This document shows positions 8,985 to 18,709 of a DNA stretch of 26,923 bases, piece after piece; position 1 is the first letter of the stretch, and the number at the start of each line of letters is the position of its first letter. Position numbers and translations under genes: made by a program. The stretch lies in the IMG/VR virus record IMGVR_UViG_3300025837_000016, positions 1 through 26,923 of that record. The stretch is one strand, 5' to 3'. The notes beneath the pieces were generated by a model, which saw nothing but the letters and a program-made list of their open reading frames with translations, was not told the origin of the DNA and made no database searches. The DNA is from a virus (Duplodnaviria; Caudoviricetes).

Positions 8985-9302
8985 TTATTCCTTGACTTCG
9001 GCTTTATCTTTAGCACCAGACCCTACATTCAATTTATCATCTGAATCGTTTTCATCATCATCTTCTTTATCGTCAGAATCATCTTCTTTATCGTCAGAAT
9101 CATCTTCTTTATCATCCGAGTCATCATCTTTATCATCAGAGTCATCAGAGTCATCATCTTTTGATTTGAGTGCGTCACTCATGACAGCAGCCTTCATTTC
9201 ATCCAATTTAATTGCGATTTTTGACATCAAGATAGATTCTAATGTGATTTTAGCATCATCAGAACCTTCAGTTATTTGTGAGATTAATTGTTCTACTGAC
9301 AT
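8985..9302 (-). CDS. gp67: Small acidic prohead core protein (gp67-like)
   Basis: Directly after portal; helical N-terminus and D/E-rich tail; AGGAG RBS. Confidence 0.7.
   Translation of the reverse strand: MSVEQLISQITEGSDDAKITLESILMSKIAIKLDEMKAAVMSDALKSKDDDSDDSDDKDDDSDDKEDDSDDKEDDSDDKEDDDENDSDDKLNVGSGAKDKAEVKE
9055..9162 (-). repeat. 21-nt coding tandem repeat (DDSDDKE)n
   Basis: Plus-strand unit ATCATCTTCTTTATCGTCAGA, two exact copies plus degenerate copies. Confidence 0.85.
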
Positions 9303-9334
9303 GTTATTACTCCTTTGAATGATATGTTTATTTA

Positions 9335-12300
9335 TTATTTCCGATAATTCTGCGGGTCGTATTCCTGTGCTGGTTCACCTTGTTGCACTTGACCAGTATT
9401 CTGTGGTTCTTGTTGTTGATCCGTATTGCCGTCCTGAGCATCCATTTGTTGTTGCATCATTTCTGCTTGTTGGTCTTGTTGGAATTGTCCTTGAATCTTC
9501 CAATTAGGTTGAGCACTTATATCAGATTTTTCTTTTTTCATTCTAGCAGATTCTTGTTCAATGTCTTCATCCGCCATCATTAGAACATTACGTTGCACCC
9601 ATTCTTTTGACACATATTTTTGCAGATAATCGTCCAATTGTTGTATCATTGTAAAACGACTTGTCATTATCTCTTGATTTTTTAATTCACTGAAGAAATT
9701 ATCTTTTTGGAAATCAAGTTTGATATATTGCTTGATTTCATTCCATTCTTCCGTATTACATACTTGTGTAAGTATTAATTGCGTTTTAAGAGAATCAATT
9801 AATAATTGACCAAATCTATTACGCAATCTATCAATAAATTTTTGGAACTTTACTTCGTCTCTTGAAATATTCTGTGATTGGCCGATATTAAAACCAGTCT
9901 CTTCTTTTAATCTGCTCTTTGGAATATTAAGTGCTTCATACATCTTTTCTTTAAACCACGAGAGAGAATCCAGATATCCAGTTATATTCTGTGCTCCCTG
10001 CAATGTTGTGATTTCAGTCCCTTTACCACCATCGCGGCGAGGCATCCAAAAGTCTTCCAACATGCTGTTTTTGCAATAGATTCCTGCACTTAGAGCAAAT
10101 GTATGATGTCCATGATATTTTTCTTCTGAATCAATTGTCAAACAACCTGTGTCAATTGTTTCATCCAACCATTCAATTTTTGTAATTTTATGATTTCTAA
10201 ATTCCATTGACTCTTTGAGTTGCGAATACCCACCTGCTGACACCACCAAGTTTGATATTCTTCCAATATCATATTTATTCAATTTGGAATAATCTTTTTG
10301 TCCAACCATTACTTTTGTAGAATTCGCACTCTCAAATTCGACTAACGCCACAGTATCGGAATTAATATAAGATACTGCATCTGCTACTGTCATTTTTTGC
10401 TTTGCGCAATATTTCACGCCCTCCACAATACTTTGTGGGTATTGTGTCGTATACTTTGTCGCATGGTTCTTGCTAAGTTCAGAATCTGCATCCTTATACT
10501 GTGTAATTAGATAATCATTCCCTTGCTTGCTAAGATTTCTTTTCTTTGCATGCTCTGCCGCAACTTCGCGCTTCTCTTCTGTCCAACCTAACTTTTGGCT
10601 CTCTCTAAACTTATCATTCCACTCTTCGTCCGCAATAAGCATACTCAATACTTCTCTACCTTTAGATAGATTTTCTTGAGATTTTCCTGTTGTAGAAGAC
10701 ATGTAACCACCAACTTTACCTGCCTTACTGCAAACAGTTATACGTTCTTCCGTCGATAATCCATGTATACCTTTTCTCATTGCATAACATGCCGCACCTC
10801 CCTTTTTACCCATTGCTGATCTAGCCTCAGGTGATATATTATGAGTAATATTAGCATGATATGCCATGTGGTCCGATGAATTCATTCTAACTAAGTTACT
10901 TGGGGAATTGTCATTCTTATCAAAATTCACATGATGTACCGTCTTCTTTATCTCATGTGATTCTCCAAAAACAAACTCATTTTGAATATTATTTATATCT
11001 TTCCACTTTGATACTGCCCGATGTACACATGTCCATTTCTTTTTATCATTTTCAAAAATTTGTAAATATGGTAATTTTGTTTTGGTATTTTTACCGGTTA
11101 AATATTCTTGTTTTGTATAATGGGGAATCATTGATTCGCCAATTGGCAAATCTTTCGCCTCAATAAACCCATTGTTCCAAGTTGGGAATTTATGGTCTGG
11201 CGTACAAACAATTTCTTTACCGTTATCTAATGTCAGCCGTACAACCTTTGCATTCTTTCTAGTTACACCAGCCCATGAAATCAGTCCAGGTTCAAATGCT
11301 CCTGTGGTTGGGTCGCACGAATACGCCCAAAGTTCTTTTCCTGCTTTATGTTCTTCTGCAATTTCTGTAATGGTTAGAGTTCTGCCATCAAGCAAAGGTA
11401 CTTTTGTGTCCATTGCCAAGCACATATATTTCTTATCATTCTTGACATCACCAGTCTTAGCATCATATACAATTTTATTACGATATCTATTAGCGATATC
11501 CTTCAAATATTGTTCTGCTTTTAATTTAGGTAGATTTCCAACATCTACATAGAATACTCTTCTTTCTGGTGCTCGAGCAATAAAATAAATTACAGTAGCA
11601 TCTTCTAGCATTTTAAGTTGATTGATAGGTCTAATTGCCTTATTTAAATGACTTAGAATCATTCCACTGTTCGAATCTACTAGACCGCTTGTTACATATA
11701 TGATAGCATCAGGACTGATTCTCAAATTACTTATTGAATTTGACCCAGTTCCTTGTATGTTTTTGGCTACTCCAAACCCATTTTCATTATATATGTAATA
11801 CTCTTCAACATTATCTATTATGATTGCACCTTGTGCGTTAGTTTTAGTTGTGACATCTCTCATCTTTTTGATATTTTGAGAGTCCAACAGAACTAATTTT
11901 TGGATGCCGTCTTTTGTGTTTTTCTTATCGACAATTATTTGGAACGGAAGTCTGCCATCTATGTAGAATCTTTTAAAATATTCTACTCCCTTATCTTCAT
12001 AATCTAATAACTTTAATACAACGTCAAAGGCATCAGTTATTTTATCTTTGACATTATCTGAAACAATATCATCTAAGTTATCAAGATTCAGTTTTATTAA
12101 TTTAGTATCTTGTTCTTGTGGTATAGCTTCATTTATGATTTCTTGGATGGCAATATCAACTTCAGCGAATTGAGATATTTCTCTATATTTGCGAATTGCT
12201 TCTACTTCTGTTTTTATTTGTCCATCAGTATCAAGATAAGTACCAAAAGCTCCAGCACTTGACAATAAAGATGACGTGATTCCACCGCCATCGACGTCCA

Positions 12301-12394
12301 TATCAATTGCAAGAGAACCCGATAATTCTTTTTCAGGTACTTTGCTCTTTATTTTTAAACCAAACAGATTAAGTAATTCTTCCGATATTTGCAT
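9335..12394 (-). CDS. gp20: Portal vertex protein gp20 with intein
   Basis: SHLNKAIRPINQLKMLEDA, RAPERRVFYVDVGNLPK.KAEQYL, (KYM|S)MLEDFWMPRRDGGKGTEITTL, SRDEVKF; 567 aa after intein removal. Confidence 0.97.
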   Translation of the reverse strand: MQISEELLNLFGLKIKSKVPEKELSGSLAIDMDVDGGGITSSLLSSAGAFGTYLDTDGQIKTEVEAIRKYREISQFAEVDIAIQEIINEAIPQEQDTKLIKLNLDNLDDIVSDNVKDKITDAFDVVLKLLDYEDKGVEYFKRFYIDGRLPFQIIVDKKNTKDGIQKLVLLDSQNIKKMRDVTTKTNAQGAIIIDNVEEYYIYNENGFGVAKNIQGTGSNSISNLRISPDAIIYVTSGLVDSNSGMILSHLNKAIRPINQLKMLEDATVIYFIARAPERRVFYVDVGNLPKLKAEQYLKDIANRYRNKIVYDAKTGDVKNDKKYMCLAMDTKVPLLDGRTLTITEIAEEHKAGKELWAYSCDPTTGAFEPGLISWAGVTRKNAKVVRLTLDNGKEIVCTPDHKFPTWNNGFIEAKDLPIGESMIPHYTKQEYLTGKNTKTKLPYLQIFENDKKKWTCVHRAVSKWKDINNIQNEFVFGESHEIKKTVHHVNFDKNDNSPSNLVRMNSSDHMAYHANITHNISPEARSAMGKKGGAACYAMRKGIHGLSTEERITVCSKAGKVGGYMSSTTGKSQENLSKGREVLSMLIADEEWNDKFRESQKLGWTEEKREVAAEHAKKRNLSKQGNDYLITQYKDADSELSKNHATKYTTQYPQSIVEGVKYCAKQKMTVADAVSYINSDTVALVEFESANSTKVMVGQKDYSKLNKYDIGRISNLVVSAGGYSQLKESMEFRNHKITKIEWLDETIDTGCLTIDSEEKYHGHHTFALSAGIYCKNSMLEDFWMPRRDGGKGTEITTLQGAQNITGYLDSLSWFKEKMYEALNIPKSRLKEETGFNIGQSQNISRDEVKFQKFIDRLRNRFGQLLIDSLKTQLILTQVCNTEEWNEIKQYIKLDFQKDNFFSELKNQEIMTSRFTMIQQLDDYLQKYVSKEWVQRNVLMMADEDIEQESARMKKEKSDISAQPNWKIQGQFQQDQQAEMMQQQMDAQDGNTDQQQEPQNTGQVQQGEPAQEYDPQNYRK
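10067..11422 (-). mobile_element. Intein (452 aa) with HNH endonuclease in portal
   Basis: Starts CLAMDTKV, block B CTPDHKF, HNH VHHVNFDKNDNSPSNL, ends HTFALSAGIYCKN|S; removal restores KYMSMLEDFW. Confidence 0.94.
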
Positions 12395-12410
12395 TATGTA
12401 AATTTAATAA

Positions 12411-12977
12411 TTAAATAGAACCAAGAGGAGTAGAAAGATGCACAGATGCTCCCTTATATGCATCAGTCTCAAACCAACCATAGGCAAATTCAACTTGAAA
12501 CTCTTCAACTTGGTCGTTTTGACCGAACCCAAGATTAATTTGAGAAATCGAAGTTGGCCAAGCATCTTGAAAAGTATATTTCTTTAATGTATTACCATTT
12601 CTATCCAATTGTTCTACATTCATGTTAGTCGTATATAACAAAGGATTTGTCATACCAGAATTTTCTTGTTTGTTATTTATTTGTTGCATCCAAGATTCTA
12701 GTGCATTATGAATATCGAAGTCAGTATCATTAAGGATAGTAACTTGCCAGTTCTGGAACAATCTTTCACCTGCCAATTTAACTTCACGACCACGATACAT
12801 AACACTCGCCACATTGATAGTTTGGCCAGGTAATGTGGCTGCTGTGCACAAAAATTGAGCCTTGTTTGCTGCTGATGATGCATCAGCAACGAATCCAGGA
12901 AAATTTAATGTAACACGAAATTGGTTAGCGCGGGCACCACCACCAAGTAAAGCAGCTTTAAAATTAAGTATAGACAT
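12411..12977 (-). CDS. gp19: Tail tube protein gp19
   Basis: GGARANQF.V, A.LPG, YRGR.VKLAGER.F..W.VTILND.DF, QLDRNG..LK.Y.F..AWPT, EEF.VEF.Y. Confidence 0.96.
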   Translation of the reverse strand: MSILNFKAALLGGGARANQFRVTLNFPGFVADASSAANKAQFLCTAATLPGQTINVASVMYRGREVKLAGERLFQNWQVTILNDTDFDIHNALESWMQQINNKQENSGMTNPLLYTTNMNVEQLDRNGNTLKKYTFQDAWPTSISQINLGFGQNDQVEEFQVEFAYGWFETDAYKGASVHLSTPLGSI

Positions 12978-12980
12978 CTA

Positions 12981-14777
12981 TTAAGCTCCCACAACAGTTG
13001 AAAAAGATACATCAGTGCGAGTTGCAACGAATGTAAGAGTGATAAAGTTGATTGAACGCGCGGGCTTCACGTAGATTTCTGCAACAAATTCATTTCTATC
13101 AACAACTTCTCCTGTATTATTGCTACCGTCGCATCTCACAAGAAAATCTGTGATACCTCGTTTTCCCTTAATTGTCTTAAGGAAAGGCTCTACCATATTT
13201 TTGAATTGTGCTCGAGTGAAATTATCGTTAAATTCAAAGAGTGTATATTTAGAAGCTTTTGAAATTGATTTTTCAAGTAAAATGAACAACCTGCGAACAT
13301 TGATTCTATCAAACGCGGATGGTTTTGTTGTCATAGTCCTATCACCTAGCAATGTTACGCCAGAATTAGAATCTACGATAACAGGATTAATTCCCTTAGG
13401 ATATAGAACATCTCTATCTGCTTGATTTGGGTTGTATGACAGTTTGATAGCATTTTTTACACCACCTCTGTTAAACCCACCGAATGACCACCACGGATCG
13501 TTTGTCGAATCTGTTCTTGCTGCCAATCCAGCCATATCACCATTCAATGGTACCCAACGATATTTCTTTGAATATCTGTCAAAAATGTATTTCATTCCAG
13601 TATCCATAAAGCCATAAGACCCTATGATGTCTGATACACCAACTGAACCCTTGAACGCCACAATATCAGATACTGCATTAATCGAATCTCGTATTGGTGC
13701 TCCGCTTTGATGAGGAGAAACAAATCCAATGCAATCTTTTCTAGTATCTACAATATTCTCTAATACATATTTTTCGATAGCACCTGATGTGCCAACAGAA
13801 AATGCACCAGTCATAATTAAATCGATTGAATACAAATCTTTGTTTGCAAACTTATCATAAGCAGATTTAATTTCTGCTTCGGTCGATGGTGTTCCATCTA
13901 CTCCACCCGACAATGTCTGGATAAAGAAATTAGGCGATGCAACAATATTTAATTGTGCGAATGCTATTCCTGTTGCAGCTGCATCGAATGACGTTGAACC
14001 AAATGATACGATAGACCCACCTGAAGTTGCAGTTGGGTGCATAGACCACCAAACATATTTGGAAGATTCATTTAGTACATTAACATAGTAAGTAGTCAAA
14101 CCTTGATAGTTAATCGCGTCTGCTGCTTTAGATGTTCCTTCAAATTTTTCAAGCACTGTATATGGTACGCCTGAAATTGCACCAGTGATGTCTAATACCA
14201 ATATGTGCAATTCATCATTCTTTGCTGTAGAATCTGTTGCTTTAGATGATACATAATATGATGTGCTTGGTGCACCATTGAAGTAAGAAGCGAGTGAAAC
14301 ACCATTAGGGAACAGGGACAAATTAGCATCACACCATACATTGAATGCCGCCCAAGTTCCAGCATCAACCATAATCATACCAATGCCATTTCCAACTTTA
14401 CCTGGGTTCTTAGCAATAAATTCACCTGCTGTTGTCCTGTCTCCAGATGATATAGATTCGTATTCATCACGATTTACTACATCTACAGCAGCCCCAGTAG
14501 AATCTGCATTTGTAATACCTGTGTTTCTTGACCTAACGACATAACATGCATTAGTGTATTTCAGAAATTCTGCACATGTGTGCCATTCATTTGCATTAGA
14601 ATCATTTGGTTCACCGAAAATCGAAACAAGCTCATCTTCATAGGAAACAAGGATAGGTGTTTCAATCGGCCCCTTCGAGAATCTACCTGCGATTGCTCCA
14701 ACAGAACTAGACACAGATGGGATTATCTGTGAGAAATCTTTCTCTTTAACTTCAATGCCGGCAGATAGCAAACTCAT
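12981..14777 (-). CDS. gp18: Tail sheath protein gp18
   Basis: S.GIEVKE.D, RKDC..FVSP, VPLNGD.AGL.ARTD, GDRT....SAFDRINVRRLF, KPARSINFI.L.FVATRT. Confidence 0.97.
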   Translation of the reverse strand: MSLLSAGIEVKEKDFSQIIPSVSSSVGAIAGRFSKGPIETPILVSYEDELVSIFGEPNDSNANEWHTCAEFLKYTNACYVVRSRNTGITNADSTGAAVDVVNRDEYESISSGDRTTAGEFIAKNPGKVGNGIGMIMVDAGTWAAFNVWCDANLSLFPNGVSLASYFNGAPSTSYYVSSKATDSTAKNDELHILVLDITGAISGVPYTVLEKFEGTSKAADAINYQGLTTYYVNVLNESSKYVWWSMHPTATSGGSIVSFGSTSFDAAATGIAFAQLNIVASPNFFIQTLSGGVDGTPSTEAEIKSAYDKFANKDLYSIDLIMTGAFSVGTSGAIEKYVLENIVDTRKDCIGFVSPHQSGAPIRDSINAVSDIVAFKGSVGVSDIIGSYGFMDTGMKYIFDRYSKKYRWVPLNGDMAGLAARTDSTNDPWWSFGGFNRGGVKNAIKLSYNPNQADRDVLYPKGINPVIVDSNSGVTLLGDRTMTTKPSAFDRINVRRLFILLEKSISKASKYTLFEFNDNFTRAQFKNMVEPFLKTIKGKRGITDFLVRCDGSNNTGEVVDRNEFVAEIYVKPARSINFITLTFVATRTDVSFSTVVGA

Positions 14778-14818
14778 ATAATGCTCCTTTAAATTGGTGT
14801 TTCAAATGTTTCTTTTAG

Positions 14819-15085
14819 TTATTTATTGATTACAACTTTCTGACCTTGTTTGCCACTCACATCTTTCAATAATGATTCTAATTGAATTGAATATGATTTC
14901 AGGTCAATTAAATCTTTTTCTATGTTTTTACCTATAATATCGTATGATGTTCCACCTATACTGGATAAAACAGGTCGTTCTGGCATTGTTATATCAATTG
15001 GTGTATAAACTGGGACATTCACGTATTTGACTGTATTACATCCTGATATCAGTAATATAAATACCACCATTATTAATTTGGTCAT
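14819..15085 (-). CDS. o-spanin (Rz1-like lipoprotein)
   Basis: Signal peptide with lipobox LLISGC, Pro-rich segment, then helix; 4-nt overlap with the upstream i-spanin-like gene. Confidence 0.78.
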   Translation of the reverse strand: MTKLIMVVFILLISGCNTVKYVNVPVYTPIDITMPERPVLSSIGGTSYDIIGKNIEKDLIDLKSYSIQLESLLKDVSGKQGQKVVINK

Positions 15086-15420
15086 TTATTGAATTCCTTT
15101 GCTACCTCTCTTGCGGTGTTCGTCAAATACGCAAATGCTTCTTCACAATTATTTGATGCTGGTCTATGATTTATGTCATTTTTTAATTTCTTATTTTCAG
15201 CATTTATTTTTTCATTCTTTTCAATTGTCACATTTATCTCATTTTGGAGTCTATCTCGTTCTTTTGATGCAACATCGATTGCATTATTTTGTATTGTTAT
15301 TGCAGCAGATAATTGTGATATTTCTGTTTTCTGTGTTTCTATCGTTGTTATCAGACTTGACCAATAAATTATTACTCCTATAACAAGTAAACATATTCCT
15401 ATCCATTTAGCCTGTAACAT
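15082..15420 (-). CDS. i-spanin (Rz-like)
   Basis: Single N-terminal TM helix, coiled coil with QN.AI motif, one C-terminal Cys. Confidence 0.78.
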   Translation of the reverse strand: MLQAKWIGICLLVIGVIIYWSSLITTIETQKTEISQLSAAITIQNNAIDVASKERDRLQNEINVTIEKNEKINAENKKLKNDINHRPASNNCEEAFAYLTNTAREVAKEFNK

Positions 15421-15595
15421 TTTTATCTTTCAATTCGATTGATTTCCGTTTTAAAATTTTAAGTGTTGTTCTTTTTGGTGGTTCACCGAATTTATTTTCT
15501 GGTTGCTCACCAGGTGGATTTACTCCGATTCCAGCTATGCCAGCTGCGCCAGCAGAGGTTATATCTTCCCTAATGTATCCATCATTTCTTTGCAT
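15407..15595 (-). CDS. Small hypothetical protein (start uncertain)
   Basis: IRE^D then G/A/P-rich (GAAGIAGIG..PPG) and basic tail; same strand as, and overlapping, both neighbours. Confidence 0.55.
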   Translation of the reverse strand: MQRNDGYIREDITSAGAAGIAGIGVNPPGEQPENKFGEPPKRTTLKILKRKSIELKDKNVTG

Positions 15596-15924
15596 AATTC
15601 GATATCCTTGGTGTTGATGTTTGCATTCTGTATATAATCTGGCATTCTATTTAAATAAACTAAAATAGTCTTTAATTTGTACCAATCTTCTTTTCTTACT
15701 TTGAAAAACATCATTTCTATGCAAATTTCGGCCGAAAATATATTTAATAAAGTCAAAACCTGATTCAATAATAAATGTGTTTCAATAGGTCCAACATCTC
15801 TTGCAGATAATCTAATAAGATTAGTGAATTTTGCAACATCGCTTTCAAATTCAATAAGTGTTTTGCATGATGGATTATCATAAGCCCTCATAGCCATGAT
15901 AATAAAATTATCTTTTGTTATCAT
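15559..15924 (-). CDS. Conserved T4-like hypothetical protein
   Basis: NF...A...YDNP.C....EF..D, L.LN....L.N.F, LKT.L.YLN..P: a pattern recognised from cyanophage-type myoviruses. Confidence 0.8.
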   Translation of the reverse strand: MITKDNFIIMAMRAYDNPSCKTLIEFESDVAKFTNLIRLSARDVGPIETHLLLNQVLTLLNIFSAEICIEMMFFKVRKEDWYKLKTILVYLNRMPDYIQNANINTKDIELCKEMMDTLGKI

Positions 15925-15927
15925 GTA

Positions 15928-16584
15928 TTAGATTGTGCTTAGCAATGGATTCAATCCACCAATTAAATACCATTTATTTGTAGATGTAAAATATTGAAGG
16001 ACGGCAGATTCACCGATTACATTTAACGTTATAGTATTGAATCCTTCTCCAGTCAATGATATAACTACATTTTTACCAACATCAAGTGTATTAACAACAA
16101 TTGTTTTTATTTGGCCATTAAATCCAGGTGATAGAGAATATTGACCGAATACTCCAACATTGTTTTGCAGAATTGTTGCTGTCCTGGTTGGTGATATTGG
16201 TTTAATTGTGCCGTTTGTGTTGTCACTATATGTATATGTAATTACTTCAGTAGATTGTACAGTTATTCCATCGGCGGATGCTGAGCCGACTTGTACATTA
16301 CCAATTACATGGAATTTGGATGCAGGTGTATTTGTGCCAACACCAATCTTATCTGTTGAACCATTGATAAACAACGCACTAGCATCATTTTTAGTAGCAA
16401 TGCTAGTATTAATTGAAAGCTGAGTCGGATTTAATCTTATATTATCGTTTGTGATTAAATTTTTTAATAGATTTGGTACTGTTGTCGTCTTATTGACACC
16501 ATCCTGAAGTATCATTATGGAATCGGTGGCTGTTATTGTTTTAGCCACCGACATCATACTCATTTTAATTTTTGGTTGTGCCAT
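15928..16584 (-). CDS. Putative tail/baseplate-associated structural protein
   Basis: KIGVGTNTPASKFHVIGN fibre-type repeat; C-terminal G.IKTIV...TITL...GESA.L....WY.IG domain. Confidence 0.65.
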   Translation of the reverse strand: MAQPKIKMSMMSVAKTITATDSIMILQDGVNKTTTVPNLLKNLITNDNIRLNPTQLSINTSIATKNDASALFINGSTDKIGVGTNTPASKFHVIGNVQVGSASADGITVQSTEVITYTYSDNTNGTIKPISPTRTATILQNNVGVFGQYSLSPGFNGQIKTIVVNTLDVGKNVVISLTGEGFNTITLNVIGESAVLQYFTSTNKWYLIGGLNPLLSTI

Positions 16585-16596
16585 CTTCTACCTTAA

Positions 16597-17025
16597 TTAA
16601 GCAATCACAACGCCATTAGACCCAATAATATACCAATTTCCTGATATATTTTTCAGTTTTGCACTTTGGCCTACAGCCGAGAATGTGATAGTAGTGAACC
16701 CTGCTCCATTTGTAACAGTGACAACGGCTGTTGGTGTTGTTGCCTCTGCCGCAGAACATACTATCTCCTTTTCCATACCATGGAGACCAGAAGCTAGTGT
16801 ATATGCAGCAGGCGCTGTTTTACTCTGGATGAGTGTTGACAGAATGTTTGTTGCTATCACACCAGTCGCTACTGATTCGGCTGTTTCTTTCACTATCAAC
16901 CTGCTTGGTAGATTTAACAACATCGTCTCAATATCAATCTTAATTGATTCACCTGCTTGAGTAAGCAACAATAAATCTGTCAGATTTAATGTAGATGCTG
17001 GTGTCAATTGACTAACTTTTGCCAT
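16597..17025 (-). CDS. Putative structural protein, paralogous to 15928-16584
   Basis: MAKVSQLT.A.TL...D attachment-type N-terminus; G.EKEIV...GFTTITF..VGQSA.L....WYIIG; AAGGA RBS. Confidence 0.65.
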   Translation of the reverse strand: MAKVSQLTPASTLNLTDLLLLTQAGESIKIDIETMLLNLPSRLIVKETAESVATGVIATNILSTLIQSKTAPAAYTLASGLHGMEKEIVCSAAEATTPTAVVTVTNGAGFTTITFSAVGQSAKLKNISGNWYIIGSNGVVIA

Positions 17026-17034
17026 AAATTATCC

Positions 17035-17559
17035 TTAATTAACAGTTACAGTAGATACATTAGGTGCTACATATGTCACTGATGCAGCAATAAGAGCGCC
17101 GCCATCAATGATATCATATACAGAACCGCCAGTTGTCAGTGCCGCAACAGATACACCCGTAGCAACAGCAGTATCACCAGCAACTATCGTATAATCAAAC
17201 ACCAATGATGTGTTAGTAGATAGTGCTGGGTTGAATACAAGCGCTCTTGTATTAACACCAATTGTTAATCCAATTTCAGGTGTTCCATTTACTTTAACCG
17301 GTTCACTTGATGTTAATGTCACTGTGAGAACATCTCCAGTAATCATATCAGATGTACCAGAATAAGTTGCAATAGCAGTAAATGTTGGCACAGTAGTGAC
17401 GTCAGTATTCTTTACACTCAATGAACTTATTGCTACTAATACTTCTCCAGTCGGCTGATATTCCCATCCCTTTGTAGTTGGTACTACATTGTTTGCGTTA
17501 TATGCATCTTTACCATCTCCAACCCAATTAGGTTTCTTTGTATATGACCATTGACTCAT
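17035..17559 (-). CDS. Ig-like domain virion protein
   Basis: Start moved to MSQWSY (AAGGAG RBS at ~17567-17572); GD.LTVTLT.SEPV.V.GTP...L.F.YT..AGD beta-sandwich pattern. Confidence 0.7.
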   Translation of the reverse strand: MSQWSYTKKPNWVGDGKDAYNANNVVPTTKGWEYQPTGEVLVAISSLSVKNTDVTTVPTFTAIATYSGTSDMITGDVLTVTLTSSEPVKVNGTPEIGLTIGVNTRALVFNPALSTNTSLVFDYTIVAGDTAVATGVSVAALTTGGSVYDIIDGGALIAASVTYVAPNVSTVTVN

Positions 17560-17584
17560 TTTGTTTCTCCTTATTGTAATAGTG

Positions 17585-17842
17585 TTATTTATCTGTTGCT
17601 GGGTAAGCGATTCCACCTGGCCAATAAACATGATGTATTTTTCCGTTTATTGTCACTTTCCCCACCGGTTTAGTAAGAGGTTTCTGCCAAGGTATTGTAT
17701 ATCTCTCGCCAGTATCAGCTACTGGCCTTTTATCCACATCAGTTGCAGCGAATGTTCCACCAGCAGCAATTAAAGCAGATAATACAGCAGCTCTAGCTGT
17801 TTTGCCTTCCTGCAATTCTTTCAATTCTTTTAGTGTACTCAT
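17585..17842 (-). CDS. Hypothetical protein with capsid-targeting-like leader
   Basis: 85 aa, tightly packed; MSTLKELKELQE^G. Confidence 0.7.
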   Translation of the reverse strand: MSTLKELKELQEGKTARAAVLSALIAAGGTFAATDVDKRPVADTGERYTIPWQKPLTKPVGKVTINGKIHHVYWPGGIAYPATDK

Positions 17843-17843
17843 C

Positions 17844-18707
17844 TTATTCTGCTATGTGTTTCGCGTATAAATGTGCTGCACTTTTCTGGTCCAAGAATCC
17901 TGTGTGTGCAGGGACGCCATTCACTGAAACTGAATGACATAGGCCCGGATGATTAATCCATTCTACTTTTTTGCCAGCCGCCGTTTTAACTGACCCCATA
18001 GTCATTTCTGATAATGAATTATCAGTCGACTCTGTCTTGATACCAGAAGTATCAATATCACTTAATTTATGTTTTGTTGTTGGTTTTTTGCCCATCAATT
18101 TTCTGTCTAATTTGATACCAAGTATCTGTGCAAGATTTCTACCAGCATCTTTGGCATTATATGTATTCAGTCCCTTCTTGGCGGCACCCAATGCTCCTGT
18201 TGGACGACCTCTCTTTTTTGGGATAGAGTCTGTTGTTTTTGTCGGTTTTTCTTCATCGGCTGCTGGGTCATAGGATGTACCATAAGTCCCAGATATTCTC
18301 CTACCTACTGGCTTTTTATCAGCAAAGGACTTGTCTGTGACTTGAGTATGTTTGCTACCAGTCCAAGAATCATCTGCATCAATAGACGCTTTTGATTTGT
18401 TTTTCAACTTCTTATCTGCATATTGGCCTGCAGCCTTGAGTTCAGATTCAAAATCCCATGCTTCTGACATTTCTCCTTCATTTGTTTCTTTTTTATTAAA
18501 TTCGCCTGGATTTAATGTTAGATTTGCTTTTATGTTTTTGCCACTTCCTACTTGAGCATTAATTCTACCATCAGGATGCTTATAAAATACTCTAGCATCT
18601 TTACCGTGTAAACTGTGTCCTGGTTTATTGATTGTTACATATTCATCATTGTCACTATTTGCGAGTGCTTCATGAAGTTTCGTTGATAATAATTGTTTAA
18701 AGTCCAT
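17844..18707 (-). CDS. Modular basic protein with AT-hook
   Basis: Start moved to MDFKQLL (2 nt after the upstream stop), 287 aa; PKKRGRP AT-hook; SH3/KOW-like N-module. Confidence 0.75.
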   Translation of the reverse strand: MDFKQLLSTKLHEALANSDNDEYVTINKPGHSLHGKDARVFYKHPDGRINAQVGSGKNIKANLTLNPGEFNKKETNEGEMSEAWDFESELKAAGQYADKKLKNKSKASIDADDSWTGSKHTQVTDKSFADKKPVGRRISGTYGTSYDPAADEEKPTKTTDSIPKKRGRPTGALGAAKKGLNTYNAKDAGRNLAQILGIKLDRKLMGKKPTTKHKLSDIDTSGIKTESTDNSLSEMTMGSVKTAAGKKVEWINHPGLCHSVSVNGVPAHTGFLDQKSAAHLYAKHIAE

Positions 18708-18709
18708 TT

